From positions 1 through 51,325 of the forward strand of contig NW_021834170.1 of the NCBI RefSeq assembly GCF_006345805.1: a stretch of 51,325 bases of DNA, read 5' to 3'. The notes under the pieces are model-generated. The model saw only the letters and a program-made list of their open reading frames with translations. It made no database searches and was not told the origin of the DNA. Origin of the DNA: Octopus sinensis. Taxonomy: Eukaryota. The translations under genes were made by a program, and so were the position numbers. Shown here piece after piece: positions 11,632-24,372 of this stretch (positions are counted from its first letter, which is position 1; every line of letters starts with the position of its first letter).

Positions 11632-12648
11632 TCTATTATATAAAATCTGTTTTGTCTGTCTCTGTATGTGTCTTCTAGGATCTCGAGCATCCTCCATCCG
11701 ATTGTACTCAAATTTGATATTTAGATACCGACGGTATCAGGGCATGTATAAGTCTTTAAAATTTTACAAAAATTGATTCTAGGTGAGAATACGATCGATA
11801 AAGCCATGGGAACGTGCATTTGTATGTGCAAGTACATCAGTCGAAATCCATCTTTTGCCAGTGTCTCAAATTTAGGTTAAATCAGTGTTTCTCAAAGGGG
11901 AGGCTTATGGGACGGTCGGACAAGTTGTTTTGAGAAAATTTGGTTTAAATGTTTGACAACTCAGCACCGTCCATTGGACGGGGGTGGGGTGGCATTTTGC
12001 TCATGCATTATAAATAAAAACACATCAAAACATTCCAAGTCCCCCCCCAATTAAAAAAAACTAAAAAAAACTACTATAATATTCTCAGAATCTATACATC
12101 CTTGCAACATCAGTAATATCTGTGATTAATTATAGAGTAGATTAGGTGAGAAAAGGAAATGACAGACGGATAGATCAGGTGATATACAGAGGAACAGTAA
12201 ACATAGCAGTAACAACTAAAGAACTAGAAGGAGGATACACAACATGGACAAGAAACAGTTCACAGCAGAACTTTCTGCTAGCTTCACAAGATTTCCAAGA
12301 CTTCAACATTTACAAGACATCATTATATAAAACTTCATTCCAAATTCCATTTATTTATGTAGTTTCGCAAATTTATTTTGCAAATTTATTTTGCAATATT
12401 TCATGACTACTGCTGTTTTTATGGAGAAGTTGGCATTTTTAAAAAGATTTTATCTTTTGATATCAATTCACCAAGGTAGCCTGCATTATAATTATTGTAG
12501 AAAGTTCATTGCATATAAATAATATGTACTCACTTGCCGTATCATATTTCATATTTTAAGGGATAGAAATTTGGCTAATGTTGTTTGGTTAAGCTAAACA
12601 GTTTCTTTCACTAAATATCCCCTGCTGAAACATGGGTGTGTCTTCAAT
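11632..12648 (+). mobile_element. degenerate Helitron-like non-autonomous element
   Basis: Starts A|TCTATTATATAAAATCTG like the clear Helitron at 13786; 3' hairpin and CTAG decayed (CCCTGCTGAAACATGGG..CTTCAAT), so the end is uncertain. Confidence 0.5.
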
Positions 12649-12809
12649 CAAATCAAAATATAGTCAAATGTGTGAACATATATGTTAGTGGGTGTTTGTG
12701 TGTGTGTGTGTGTACGAGTATGAGAGTGCGTTTGTGCAAGTGTATGTGAATGAGTGTGTATGTGTGTGTGTGTATGTGTGTGTGTGTATGTGTGTGTGTA
12801 TATATATAA

Positions 12810-12847
<38 letters not shown>

Positions 12848-13020
12848 ATGATTTCACTTAGGTATAGTGATAATAACCAGTTGTTAGAACTCAGTAAACT
12901 CGATGCTTTGGAGCAAAGCGTCAGGAGGAACCAACTCCATGTATTTAATTGCTTTCCGAAATAAACATACACTTCAATTTTGTGGCTCCAAGGAAGTTAT
13001 AAGATGTAGTACAAGCACAG

Positions 13021-13064
13021 AGCTCTGAGTGCATTGTTTCTGACAGCAGAAACAGCTGTAAGCT
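13021..13064 (+). ncRNA. degenerate hammerhead ribozyme motif in probable Penelope-like fragment (~12860-13095)
   Basis: AGCT-CTGA(3-nt loss)-GTGC..GCA-GAAA-CAGCTG-TA-AGCT; helix I AGCT/AGCT. Confidence 0.55.
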
Positions 13065-13285
13065 AATGAAATAAACCCCTGTTATTTTTCTTTTTTGTCA
13101 TTCATTTATTGAAGTCATACTGTCACATAGGGATTGAGTGGTGCAGGGTTCGATTCACTGTGGAAGCTTATTGGCCACTTTCTTATGTCTTCTAAAGGGT
13201 AGTTACCTGATTTTCTAAGCTGTCTTCACAGCCCTCCTGCATTTAAGAATCCCTTTATTTCTTGTAGAATATTTATATATATATA

Positions 13286-13760
13286 TTCTTTTATTCTTTT
13301 ACTTGTTTCAGTCATTTGACTGTGGCCATGTTGGAGCACCACTTGAGAGACCTCAGGACTTTTTTTAAACCCAGTACTTATTCTCTCAATCTTTTTTGCC
13401 AAACCTCAAAGCTATGAGGACATAAACATGGCAACACCGGTTGTCAAGCAATGATGGGGAGACAAACACAGACACAAAGACACACACACCCTCATACATA
13501 CATACGTACATAAATACATACATACATACATACATACATACATACATACATACATACATACATACATACATACATTTCATACATACATATATATATATAT
13601 GATGTGCTTCTTCTAGTTTCCATCTACCAAATCCTCTCACAAGGCTTTGATTAGCCCAGGGCTATAGTAGAAGACATTTGCTCAAGGTGCCATACAGTGA
13701 GACTGAACCTAGAACCATGTAGTTGGGAAGCAACCTTCTTACCAAACAGTCACAGCTGTG
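13286..13760 (-). mobile_element. SINE F3, full length with internal (TACA)n
   Basis: Both halves match the copy at 33272-33674. Confidence 0.88.
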
Positions 13761-13785
13761 TTGCCTCTATCTCTGTATGTATATA

Positions 13786-14290
13786 TCTATATATATAAAA
13801 CTCTAGTTGTGTGAGTGTCTGTCCCCTTCGATTTAGATTCCTAACTCCTCCCACATTTTGCGGTGCAGTTTAACCAAATTCGGGTATCTTATAGTCGTGA
13901 TTCATATCGAGCCCGTCTGACTATTAACGCGCGTCAACGATGAGTCTACGATTTTAAAAATAATTTAACATCATTTTTTATTCCATTTTAATGCATAAAA
14001 TGCATCGTATGTCGATGGCGGCGGAGTTGGCGTCCACGCTCACAGCTGCACCTGTTTGCTTCTCCCCTTCCCTCCCTCGTGAAGCTGTGGGGAAGGGAGT
14101 GTAAAGAAATCAACGTCGTAATGCGTTGTGAAGGAAACCAGCGTTCTTTTAGAACAACGACTTCATGGCTTGAAGACACCAAAACAAAAATGGCTAAGAA
14201 AGCCCGAATTTATAAGGGAAGTAACTCTCTAAAAATGCTTATATAGTTATTTCCCTTACAAACCCGAGCAACGCCGGGCGATACTGCTAG
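13786..14290 (+). mobile_element. non-autonomous Helitron (505 bp)
   Basis: 5' A|TC; 3' hairpin CCCGAGCAACGCCGGG (14263-14278) then CTAG|T; no TSD; CpG-rich. Confidence 0.88.
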
Positions 14291-14529
14291 TATATAATAA
14301 AATATTAGGGAATAAAATATTAGGGCATGATTATCACTGCATCCATTTTGTTCTCCTTAGTTTAAGATAGATCTTAGACTGTATGTTTACTAGGGAAATT
14401 CAATAAGACATATACCATAAGAGCTACTGTAACTGGTATGTGTGTGTGTATGTGTGTGTAGAGGTGTATGTATATGTAGGGGACTGACTGTGTTGCAAAT
14501 GAAAAAGAAAGGCTCACAAGTGAGACAGA

Positions 14530-14555
14530 GATAGACAGATAGATAGATAGATAGA

Positions 14556-14612
<57 letters not shown>

Positions 14613-14630
14613 CAGATAGATAGATAGACA
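14530..14630. repeat. (GATA)n microsatellite
   Basis: Direct reading. Confidence 0.95.
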
Positions 14631-15559
14631 GAGGGCGAGGAAAGAGAGGAGAGTATATTTCTTCCTGTTTTCTTTTCCTGCTTCTCTTTTTCCTACTTGC
14701 CTTCGTCTCAGATTCTCTCTCTTCTCTTCTCTCTCATACAACTACAAACACACTCTTCTTCTTGCCCCCTCTAAATACAAATATACTGCACCATCATCCC
14801 CCACTTACTCCACCCTAAAAATAAAGAAGGAAAGATAAGAAAAAAAACGACAGGAGCTACTAAAGAAAGATTCATACCAAGAGCTATTTTCAATGTGCTC
14901 CTTGTTAATTTTTAAAGTATCCCTAAGGGACTAAGAAATATATTTCCCTTTTTCTGTCTATTCTGTGGAAAAAAAAAAAAGAAAAGATAAAGAAAAAATC
15001 CAATTTTCCAAAATTAGTAATTTAGGTGGCAGTACCAGCTACATTTCAAGAGTTTTGGAGGAAAAAAATATTGCTTTTGAATCTTATTTTTTTTCAAATA
15101 TTTATTTATTTATTTACTTATTTATTCTTCAGTTCTCCCTACCCTCTCTCTTTATTACCATTTCCACCACCAAGACCACCATCACCACGACCACGACCAC
15201 CACCATCACCACCACCACCATGACCATTACCATCCTTTTTCCACATTGCCTGATGGTTTGTTTACAAACATCCTCTGAAAAAATATTGCCAAAATAGCTC
15301 TCTCCTTTCTCTCTCTCTTGTTCTCTCTCTCTCTCTCCACACACACACACACACAAGCTATCCCTGTCAAGGAAGATAATGTAAACCAGTTCTGTGGTGA
15401 AAAAAAAAATTCCATATTAACCAAAAAAGGATTATAATTTCTTCAGAGTTGCAAATTTTTGTCGTGTGATACAATTTCAGATATTGTGTGTTGGTACTAA
15501 AACAATTACTCTGTGGGAGAGTCTGTGCGACTATTAAACACACACAGACGCAAACACAC

Positions 15560-15605
<46 letters not shown>

Positions 15606-15830
15606 ACATACACATACATCTGGCATTCTTGCTGATTACTGCTGAGATGATTTTTGTCTCAGTCTGATAAATAACATTGTGGTTTTAAACACATGTCCCT
15701 AAGAGGTTTCTTTTTGTCTGAACAAATACTGCAATAGATTTGCCTGTTGTGATGTATTTACATTAAGTATGGTACAAATATGGCTATTTTAATCCAATAC
15801 TGCTTGTATTACATGTAATGGCCATATATA

Positions 15831-15877
15831 TACAAGGACTGATCAATAAGTATCCGGATTGGTGCTATAAAAATAAA
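15831..15877 (+). mobile_element. mariner-type terminal fragment
   Basis: TACAAGGACTGATCAATAAGTATCCGGAT resembles the mariner TIR at 10627; no partner end. Confidence 0.45.
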
Positions 15878-15879
15878 GT

Positions 15880-15995
15880 GGAGGCGCAATGGCCCAGTGG
15901 TTAGGGCAGTGGACTCGCGGTCATAGGATCGCGGTTTCGATTCCCAGACCGGGCGTTGTGTGTGTTTATTGAGCAAAAACACCTAAAAGCTCCAC
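15880..15995 (+). mobile_element. SINE F1 head only
   Basis: tRNA-like head, stops at AAAGCTCCAC. Confidence 0.9.
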
Positions 15996-16019
15996 CTAGC
16001 ACACTGGAATATATGCCCC

Positions 16020-16102
16020 TGGTGAGATGTCAGATTTGGCCAGTTTGAACATCAAGCACATAGAATATTTTGGCTGGATATGGCTGGTTTTAAATGCTAA
16101 AA
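16020..16102. mobile_element. piggyBac-type MITE family P1, terminal fragment
   Basis: TAGAATATTTTGGCTGGATATGGCTGGTTTTAAATGCTAAA matches the end of the copy at 38371-38815. Confidence 0.7.
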
Positions 16103-16609
16103 GAGGTAGCCCACTTCTCCTCTTATGAGGACCAAATGCTGGAAGTGATGCATTTCTCTACAAGCACCTGCAATTCTAGCATCTACTTCAGCCACTCCTC
16201 TTGTTTGTTTAATTCTTACCGGCATAAAGCCATAGCCGACTACCCGCTGTGTAAGTTGTGCCCTCTCTGAAAATGAATATCTAGTATAGATGAACTAAAA
16301 TTGTACTGCCTAAGTTCAGATGCATCTGTCTACTATATTTAAACACACATACACTCAGGTGGGTCTATGTGTAAGTTCATTTTTGCAAGAACCAGCATAC
16401 GAGGGAGAAATATAAATTGAAAGATAACATCAAGAAGAAGACAAATGAAACCACAGCAGTAACAACAACAACAAAATATAGCTGTTATTAAAAATAAAAA
16501 TTTTAAAGAAAAACTTGAAAAAAAAAAGCCCCCTTGGAAGTGAACACAAACTAAAATAAAATGAAACTATAAAATAAACATTGAGATAAGATGTAGGAAG
16601 TCTGTTATT

Positions 16610-16627
16610 ACTGTTACCATCATTACG

Positions 16628-16665
<38 letters not shown>

Positions 16666-16911
16666 CATCATCACCACAACGATGATGACGACGATGACGG
16701 CGACAACCACCACAGCTAGTGCCACCGCCACAACCACCGCCACTACCACCACCACCACTACCATCACCACAACAACAACAGCAACAACAACCACCACCAC
16801 TGTCATTGCCACCGACGCCACTGCAGCGGCTACTACTATTACTTCTACCCTCGTCACCACAACAACGATGACGACTATAGCAACAACTACCACCGCCACC
16901 ACCACCACCAT

Positions 16912-16950
<39 letters not shown>

Positions 16951-16990
16951 CATTACCACCACCACCACCACCACCACCACTACTATCATT
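16610..16990. repeat. (ACT)/(ACC)/(ACA) trinucleotide tract
   Basis: Direct reading; source of the poly-Thr and poly-Val ORFs. Confidence 0.9.
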
Positions 16991-17348
16991 CTAGTAGCCA
17001 CCTCATCAATATCTTCCTCATCAGTGACCCCCGCCCCCACACACACACCTCACCCCCACTTAACCCCACCCCATCATCATCAGTACCATAGAAAGGAAGG
17101 GAGAAAGAAATGAATATGGATAAAACTTAAGAGAGAAATAGCTATAAAAGAGAAAAGAGTAAAAGAAAAAAAAAAGCACAAAAAAGAAGGAAAAACAATA
17201 AAGCTATGACTGAATAAAAACAAAAAAGAATAGATAACAATAACAACAACAGGATGCTCAATAAGAAAACTTGATTTTCTCTCATAGACATACACCTCCC
17301 TACCAAAAAAAGATATGAAGAATTGTCAATGGAAAATAAGTTGTTAAA

Positions 17349-17813
17349 GGAACCCCTATCTTGCTCAGAACATTGACCTCCTGGAATCTGTTCAGAGACG
17401 TGCAACCAAACGCATACCCTCCATCAGACACCTACCATATTCTGAGCGCCTTGTTTCCCTGGGCATGGATTCACTGAAGCTCCGGCGTCTGGCGACGGAC
17501 TTGGTAAACACCCACAAAGTTGTCAACCACCTCACCAACAACAACAACACTGAACACCTTTTTGATCTCCATGTGTCTAACACACGTGGACATGCCTACA
17601 AAGTCAGAAAACAACACAGCTCCCATGACTTTCGGAAACATTTCTTCACGCTCAGAGTTGCTGAAGCATGGAATAAACTGCCTGCGTCAGTTGTTGACTG
17701 CCATGACACTGCATCCTTTAAGGCCCTCATGCTTCCCGAAATCCGTCGAAACTACACCTGATTATATATGCACTTTAGATGAGTTGTAGTGCACCTGAGC
17801 ACTGTACACAATG

Positions 17814-17843
<30 letters not shown>
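17349..17843 (+). mobile_element. CR1-group LINE, 5'-truncated ORF2 C-terminus with (TTA)n tail
   Basis: Open frame NPYLAQNIDLLESVQRRATKRIP..YSERLVSLGMDSLKLRRLATDL..TRGHAYK..RKHFFTLRVAEAWNKLP to stop at 17761; TTAAAGGAA at 17344-17352 and 17842-17850. Confidence 0.93.
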
Positions 17844-17845
<2 letters not shown>

Positions 17846-18180
17846 AGGAAAAGAAACCTAGGTTTCTTTTGTCCTTATTATGAGACTGAATGAAGGAATA
17901 TAAGAATATAGAAGCAATAACAGAATGATAGAATTGAAAAATAAAGGAACACCTGTGATATTTCATAGAATGGTAATGTCTGCGAAGTTTTATATAGACC
18001 TAGTGATGAAGGGAAAGTGTGCGAGCTTTTGTAGTGAGGCCTAACCATGAAGGGTAAAGAGTGTGCAATCTTTTGTAGTAACCCCACCTGGAAGTTTGCA
18101 ACAGAGTGAACTCTGTTAAGATATCCAGAGCCAGATTAGGATTCATAGAGGCCCAAAGATTTTGGTGTCCCCATATATGT

Positions 18181-18212
<32 letters not shown>

Positions 18213-18216
18213 CAAA

Positions 18217-18510
18217 ATCATCATCATCATCATTTAATGTCTGTTGTCCATTCTGGCATGGGTTAGATGGTGTGACCAGAGCTGGCAAGCTGGGGATCTG
18301 CACCAAGCAACAGTCTGATTTGGCATGGTTTCTACAGTTGGGTGCCCTTACTAATGCCAACCGCTTTACTGAGTGTGTGGGATACTCTTATTTGGCATCG
18401 CATAGGCACTTTCATGTGGCCCCACATGGGCAATTTTATGTAGCACTGCACAGGTACTTTTATGTTGCACTGCATGGGTGCTTTTACATGGCACCCCCAC
18501 AAGTACTGTG
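18217..18510 (-). mobile_element. RTE family A 3'UTR with ~21-bp tandem subrepeats
   Basis: (CAT)n, UTR motifs and about five GCACTTTTATGTGGCAC-like units. Confidence 0.82.
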
Positions 18511-18734
18511 CACCACCAGATGGATCAGTCTTAACACTTTTGCTGCTGGGTACAATAATAAACCATAATATAATTTTTTTATTTTTCAAAATGAAACAAA
18601 GCTAAAAGATTAAAAATAATGTTTATTTTTGTACACTTCCACTTCATTTATAATTGGAAGGTTTTCTCCTTCCTTTTCAATTGCAAAATCTGATCATATC
18701 CTTGAAATGAATCTTATGTAATACATTTGCTTCT

Positions 18735-19033
18735 GAGGTTGTGAGCTCGAATCCCGGACCGGGCTGCGTGTTGTGTTCTTGAGCAAGGCACTTTATTTCA
18801 CGTTGCTCCAGTTCACTCAGCTGTAGAAATGAGTTGCGACGTCACTGGTGCCAAGCTGTATCGACCTTTGTCTTTCCCTTGGATAACACTGGTGGCGTGG
18901 AGAGGGAGGCGGCTGGTATGCATGGGCGACTGCTGGTCTCCATAAACAACCTTGCCCGGACTTGTGTCTAGGAGGGTAACTTTCTAGGTGCAATCTCATG
19001 GTCATTCATGACCGAAGGGTGTCTTTACCCTTT
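18735..19033 (+). mobile_element. SINE F4 (B-box remnant plus CORE-like central domain)
   Basis: GAGCTCGAATCCCGG then GTTGTGTTCTTGAGCAAGGCACTTTATTTCAC..CAGCTGTAGAAATGAGT; single copy in the window. Confidence 0.7.
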
Positions 19034-19072
19034 ATATTTACTAGCAATAGAGCATCCTGAGTGTTATTTTAG

Positions 19073-19425
19073 CAAGTCTGTGTGGATGGATGGAGTGCGG
19101 AAAGCTTTGGTGGTCAGAGGTGATGGAGTGAAAGAGGCAAAAGAATACATAAATGATAGGGAAGCTTGGAGAGTTTTTGTGGTTGGCTGAGTGAATTTGA
19201 TGTTGCTCAAAGGGATACGGAACCAGCATGATGTGGCGAGTTAAACCAGCATATGCTGTCAGGCCCTGCTGCTGATATCAGGGGTTGTGTTCTATACCTT
19301 GACCCAAGCATAGAACGGGGCTCACCTCTATGAGCTGGGAAATGAATAGAATGCCTGGGGTGTGTCTTGGCGGTTGTGGTTATCCCCTCCTAAAAAAATG
19401 GGGAATAGTCCTGGGTACACACACA
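19073..19425 (+). mobile_element. RTE-clade LINE (family B) 3' end
   Basis: WMDGVRKALVVRGDGVKEAKEYINDREAWRVFVVG* is typical of an RTE C-terminus, followed by a putative UTR. Confidence 0.7.
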
Positions 19426-19449
19426 ATATATATATATATATATATATAT

Positions 19450-19705
19450 AGATGGCTGGACACGTATAGATGGGCGGATACGTCGCCCGGCTCACCGATA
19501 ATCGGTGGACGCATGCGTGGCCGAGTTGGTACCCGCGTGAGCGGAAAAACCACCGGAAGACCTCCACGACGGTGGAGTGACGATTTCAAGAGGACGATTG
19601 GGATCACAGGATGAGAAAGGCGTGATCAGAGAGGTGTGGACAGCGTGCTGTGACCAGCGTGTCAAATGGACGCCTGACGGACTGGTCGGTCAAAGTGATC
19701 AAAGT

Positions 19706-19707
<2 letters not shown>
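19450..19707 (+). mobile_element. RTE-clade LINE (family C) 3' end inserted in (TA)n
   Basis: Frameshifted RWAGHV..VARLTDNRWTH..WYPRERK..GRPPRRWSDDFKRTIG; ends TCAAAGTGATCAAAGTGA. Confidence 0.85.
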
Positions 19708-19742
<35 letters not shown>

Positions 19743-19989
19743 ATTTTAAAGTGATTTCTTTTGTCCTGTGAACCATTTACCAATTCTGTGGTAGTATTGG
19801 TGATACAGTGTTAATAGTCTATGTAGTAGCAAGAGAGGATTAGTTGTACCAGTAATGGTTTTACTTGTTATTAGTGTTACTCTTTAGCCCTAGGTCATCT
19901 TCCATTGAACAGATATATGTTTAAAGGCAATCCAGCTATGACCATCCTGTCCTTTAGCCAATCACAATATCTTAGTGTACATCATCTAA

Positions 19990-20226
19990 TACATACCTCA
20001 CTGCTGTTGTTGCCATGTAAAAAGCATCCTGTGCTGTTTGTAAAATGGTTGTGGTAAGAAAGATATCCAGGGGTAGAAACCATACCAAAGCAGATAATGG
20101 AGCATGGTGATTTGCCAGCTCCTCATTAATCCTCAAATTCATACAAGTATGGAAGGATGACATCAAATGACGATGATGATGACAACGACAATGATGACGA
20201 CAATGACAATGATAACAATGATGGTG

Positions 20227-20307
<81 letters not shown>
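19990..20307 (+). mobile_element. old RTE family A 3'UTR with expanded (GAT)n tail
   Basis: Degenerate UTR motifs running into a pure (GAT)n tract. Confidence 0.7.
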
Positions 20308-20308
<1 letters not shown>

Positions 20309-20453
20309 CTTGCCATATACTCTAAGACTGCAGAGTATGATTTCAGACAAGTTTAGTTGCTATTTCTAGCAGAGTGTGCAACAGCATAAGAGCTGTCTTG
20401 TTGGTTTATCATAATAATTAGTGATGGTTGTGGGATGGTAGTAGTAGTAGTAT

Positions 20454-20486
<33 letters not shown>

Positions 20487-20835
20487 AGGTGGTTGTGGCG
20501 TCAACAAAATTGATGATGGTATTAATGGTTGCTGTAGTGGTGGTGGTGGTGTTGGGGTGAAAGTGGTGGTGGGATTATGTTTTTTGATCCAAAATAAGAT
20601 ACCTTCAAGGATACATAAACATCAAATAAACTTATTTTACCAAAAAAAAAAAATACAAAAATAAAAAATTAAATAACTGAATATTAGATAAATAAATTAC
20701 AATGATGGTATAAAAAAAAAGTAGTTGATGATAGAAGGGAAAAGCTGTGAAGTAAATTTCAGATATTTAATTTAAAAAAAAAAAGATATAAGCAGGCTGT
20801 ATCTACACACCATCGTATTTATATACAGTTATATT

Positions 20836-20991
20836 GTGTATATTTACATGAGCATATATATATATATATATATATGTATATGTATGTATGTATATATATG
20901 TATTATTATATATGTATGTATATATATATATATATTATATATATATATATGTATATGTATGTATGTATATATATGTATGTATATATGTATG

Positions 20992-21040
<49 letters not shown>

Positions 21041-21045
21041 TATAT

Positions 21046-21105
<60 letters not shown>

Positions 21106-21397
21106 TATATATATAGTATATACATATCATACATAGAATGCATATGTATACATATATATACATATGTATATGTATACATATACATACATACCCATATATA
21201 AACACATGTACATACATATTTACATATACATATGTATAAACACATATACATATATGTATATGCATAAGTATGTATGCATACGTACATACACACACACTCA
21301 CATATGTATACACATACACATATATATGTATGAAACATGCATATTCACGTAAATATTGGTGCCTGTAACTGGATTATATATGTATGTGTGTGTGTGT

Positions 21398-21432
<35 letters not shown>
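20836..21432. repeat. (TA)n/(TACA)n/(TG)n microsatellite field
   Basis: Direct reading. Confidence 0.95.
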
Positions 21433-21434
<2 letters not shown>

Positions 21435-21435
<1 letters not shown>

Positions 21436-21760
21436 CATGCTTAAGAAGAAGACCAACCAAGAATGAGTAAAATCGTTGTCATGGCAGATACTGGTGTCAC
21501 GCAAATTGGCACCTGTGCCAGTGGCACGTAAACACATCTTGGTGTCACGTAAATGGCACCCGTGCCGCCAGCATGTAAAAGCACCCGTTACACTCTTGGA
21601 GTTGTTGGCATTAGGAAGGGCATCAAGCAATAGAAAGCTATGCCGAAATCAGACTGGAGTCTGGTGCTGCTTCCCAACATGCCAGCCCAGTCAAACCATC
21701 CAATCCATGCCAGCATGGACAATGGACATTAAAAGATGATGATGATGATGATGATAATGA
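21435..21760 (+). mobile_element. RTE family A 3' end
   Basis: ORF-end remnant, UTR and (GAT)n. Confidence 0.85.
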
Positions 21761-21761
21761 T

Positions 21762-22153
21762 TTTGGTTGGAAGCACTCCGTTGGTTACGACGATGAGGGT
21801 TCCGGTTGATCCGAATCAACGGAACAGCCTGCTCGTGAAATTAACATGTAAGTGGCTGAGCACTCCACAGACACGTGTACCCTTAACGTAATTCTCGGGG
21901 ATATTCAGCGTGACACAGAGAGTGACAAGGCCGGCCCTTTGAAATACAGGTACAACAGAAACAGGAAGTAAGAGTGAGAGAAAGTTGTGGTGAAAGAGTA
22001 CATCAGGGATCACCACCATCCCTGCCGGAGCCTCGTGGAGCTTTAGGTGTTTTCGCTCAATAAACACTCACAACGCCTGGTCTGCGAATCGAAACCGCGA
22101 TCCTACGACCGCGAGTCCGCTGCCCTAACCACTGGGCCATTGCGCCTTCACAA
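21762..22153 (-). mobile_element. SINE F1, tail type A, inserted in an RTE tail
   Basis: Full length; TSD ATGATAATGAT at 21751-21761 and 22154-22164. Confidence 0.92.
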
Positions 22154-22469
22154 ATGATAATGATGTATAATATGTAGATTATCATCTCCAGAAACAAGCC
22201 AATCCTTTTGCTTAAATGACCTGCCAGTTTGGGAGAATACTTGAATCTTGAGATTGTCTCCCTTTATCATGCAGACCTGTCATAACTGCCATTTGGTAAT
22301 TATGATACATTCTCTAGAGGTGAAAGTAGTTTACATAACTCAAGAAATTTTGTTGTACAGTATTTGATATACTTGTATTCTATGTTCAAAATATGCGTCT
22401 CTAGTCCCTCCTGAGTTATTTCTCTATGCTATTTACATCCGTTCATTAACAGATGACGTCTGCCACGTG

Positions 22470-22850
22470 CACATGTGTGTGTGTGTGTGTGCATATGAAT
22501 GTATATGTGTGTATGTGTGTATGTCTGTGTGCGAGTGTGTGTGTGAGTGTGAGCGTGTGTGTGTGTGTAAATGTGTGTGTGTGTGTGTGTGTGCATATGA
22601 ATGTATATGTGTGCATGTGTGTGTGTCTGTGTGCGAGTGTGTGTGAGCGTGTGTGTGAGTGTGTGTGAATGTGTGTGTGTGCATATGAATGTATATGTGT
22701 GTATGTGTGTGTGTCTGTGTGCGAGTGTGTGTGTGTGTGTGCATATGAATGTATATGTGTGTATGTGTGTGTGTCTGTGTGCGAGTGTGTGTGTGAGCGT
22801 GTGTGTGTGAGTGTGTGTGTGAATGTGTGTGTTTGTGTGTGTGTCTGTGT
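22470..22850. repeat. TG-based minisatellite, 4 units
   Basis: Core GCATATGAATGTATATGTGTG..TCTGTGTGCGAG repeated. Confidence 0.9.
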
Positions 22851-23199
22851 GAGGGTGAGTGAGATGAACAGAAAAGGTCTTTTAGTTTGAAAATCTGTTG
22901 AGTAACTAAGATATACAGATAAGCAAATGCACACGCACACACACTCTCCATCATAACACACACACACACACACACATGCATACACACTCAACCACACCTG
23001 TCAGTTTATAAATGTGCATTCTTATTATAAGTATATTACAGCCTACATATGCATGATCCATCCATCAATCCATCCGTCTTCGTATACACATATCCATTTG
23101 TTAATGTATTATTCATTTTCTTGCTCTAACCAAAATATATATAATATGATGTGTATATATGCTAGTATGCTAGTATGTATTTGTATCTGATGTCAGTTT

Positions 23200-23537
23200 A
23201 TATGGGTGTGTATATATATATATATATATATATGCAGACATATACGCACATATGTACATACACCCTGTCCACCATACATATATTATATATATATATACAT
23301 ACATGCACACACTCACACACACTCATACAGACATACATACAGACACACATATGCACACACACGTGCATACATACACGCACACACACATACACACATGCAC
23401 ACACACATGTCAGTATATATATATATCATCTTAGAAGCTTTATGGGATTTAAAAGAAAAAAATTCTGAAAGAAATGGTGAGGAAAAAAAATATATAGATT
23501 CAGAAAGTTTTCATTCTGTCTCACTGTATACCTACAC

Positions 23538-23596
<59 letters not shown>

Positions 23597-24162
23597 ACAC
23601 ACACACACACATACACACATATATATATGTTTATGTATCAATATATATATGTATGTATAGAGAGAATGAGTGAGAGAGGAGTGAGATATAAACACACTAT
23701 ATTTATATATATCATCATATACATACATACATACACACATACATACATACATACATATATACATATATACATACATACATACATATATACATATACATAT
23801 ATACATACATACATACATACATACATACATGTATACATATACATATATATATACATATATACATATATACATACATACATACATACATATATATTTACAT
23901 ATACATATATATATATACATATATTCATATATACATACATATATACATATACATATATATATACATATATACATATATACATACATACATACATACATAT
24001 ATATATACATATACATATATTCATATATACATACATATATACATATACTTATATATATACATATATACATATATACATACATACATATATATACATATAC
24101 ATATATATATACTATATCATATATACATATATATACATATACATATATATACATATACATAT

Positions 24163-24194
<32 letters not shown>

Positions 24195-24256
24195 CTACAT
24201 ATACATATATATACATATATTCATATATACATACATACATATATACATACATATAT

Positions 24257-24290
<34 letters not shown>

Positions 24291-24299
24291 CTATATATA

Positions 24300-24353
<54 letters not shown>

Positions 24354-24372
24354 CATACATATATATATATAT
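23200..24372. repeat. (CA)/(TA)/(TACA) microsatellite field with higher-order units
   Basis: Direct reading; TATTCATATATAC recurs. Confidence 0.95.

Noticed and set aside
12146-12600. Helitron helicase coding remnant
   Set aside because: Only vague motif echoes; no continuous alignable peptide.
16567-17113. Thr-rich ORF
   Set aside because: Trinucleotide tract with no domain or convincing splice context.
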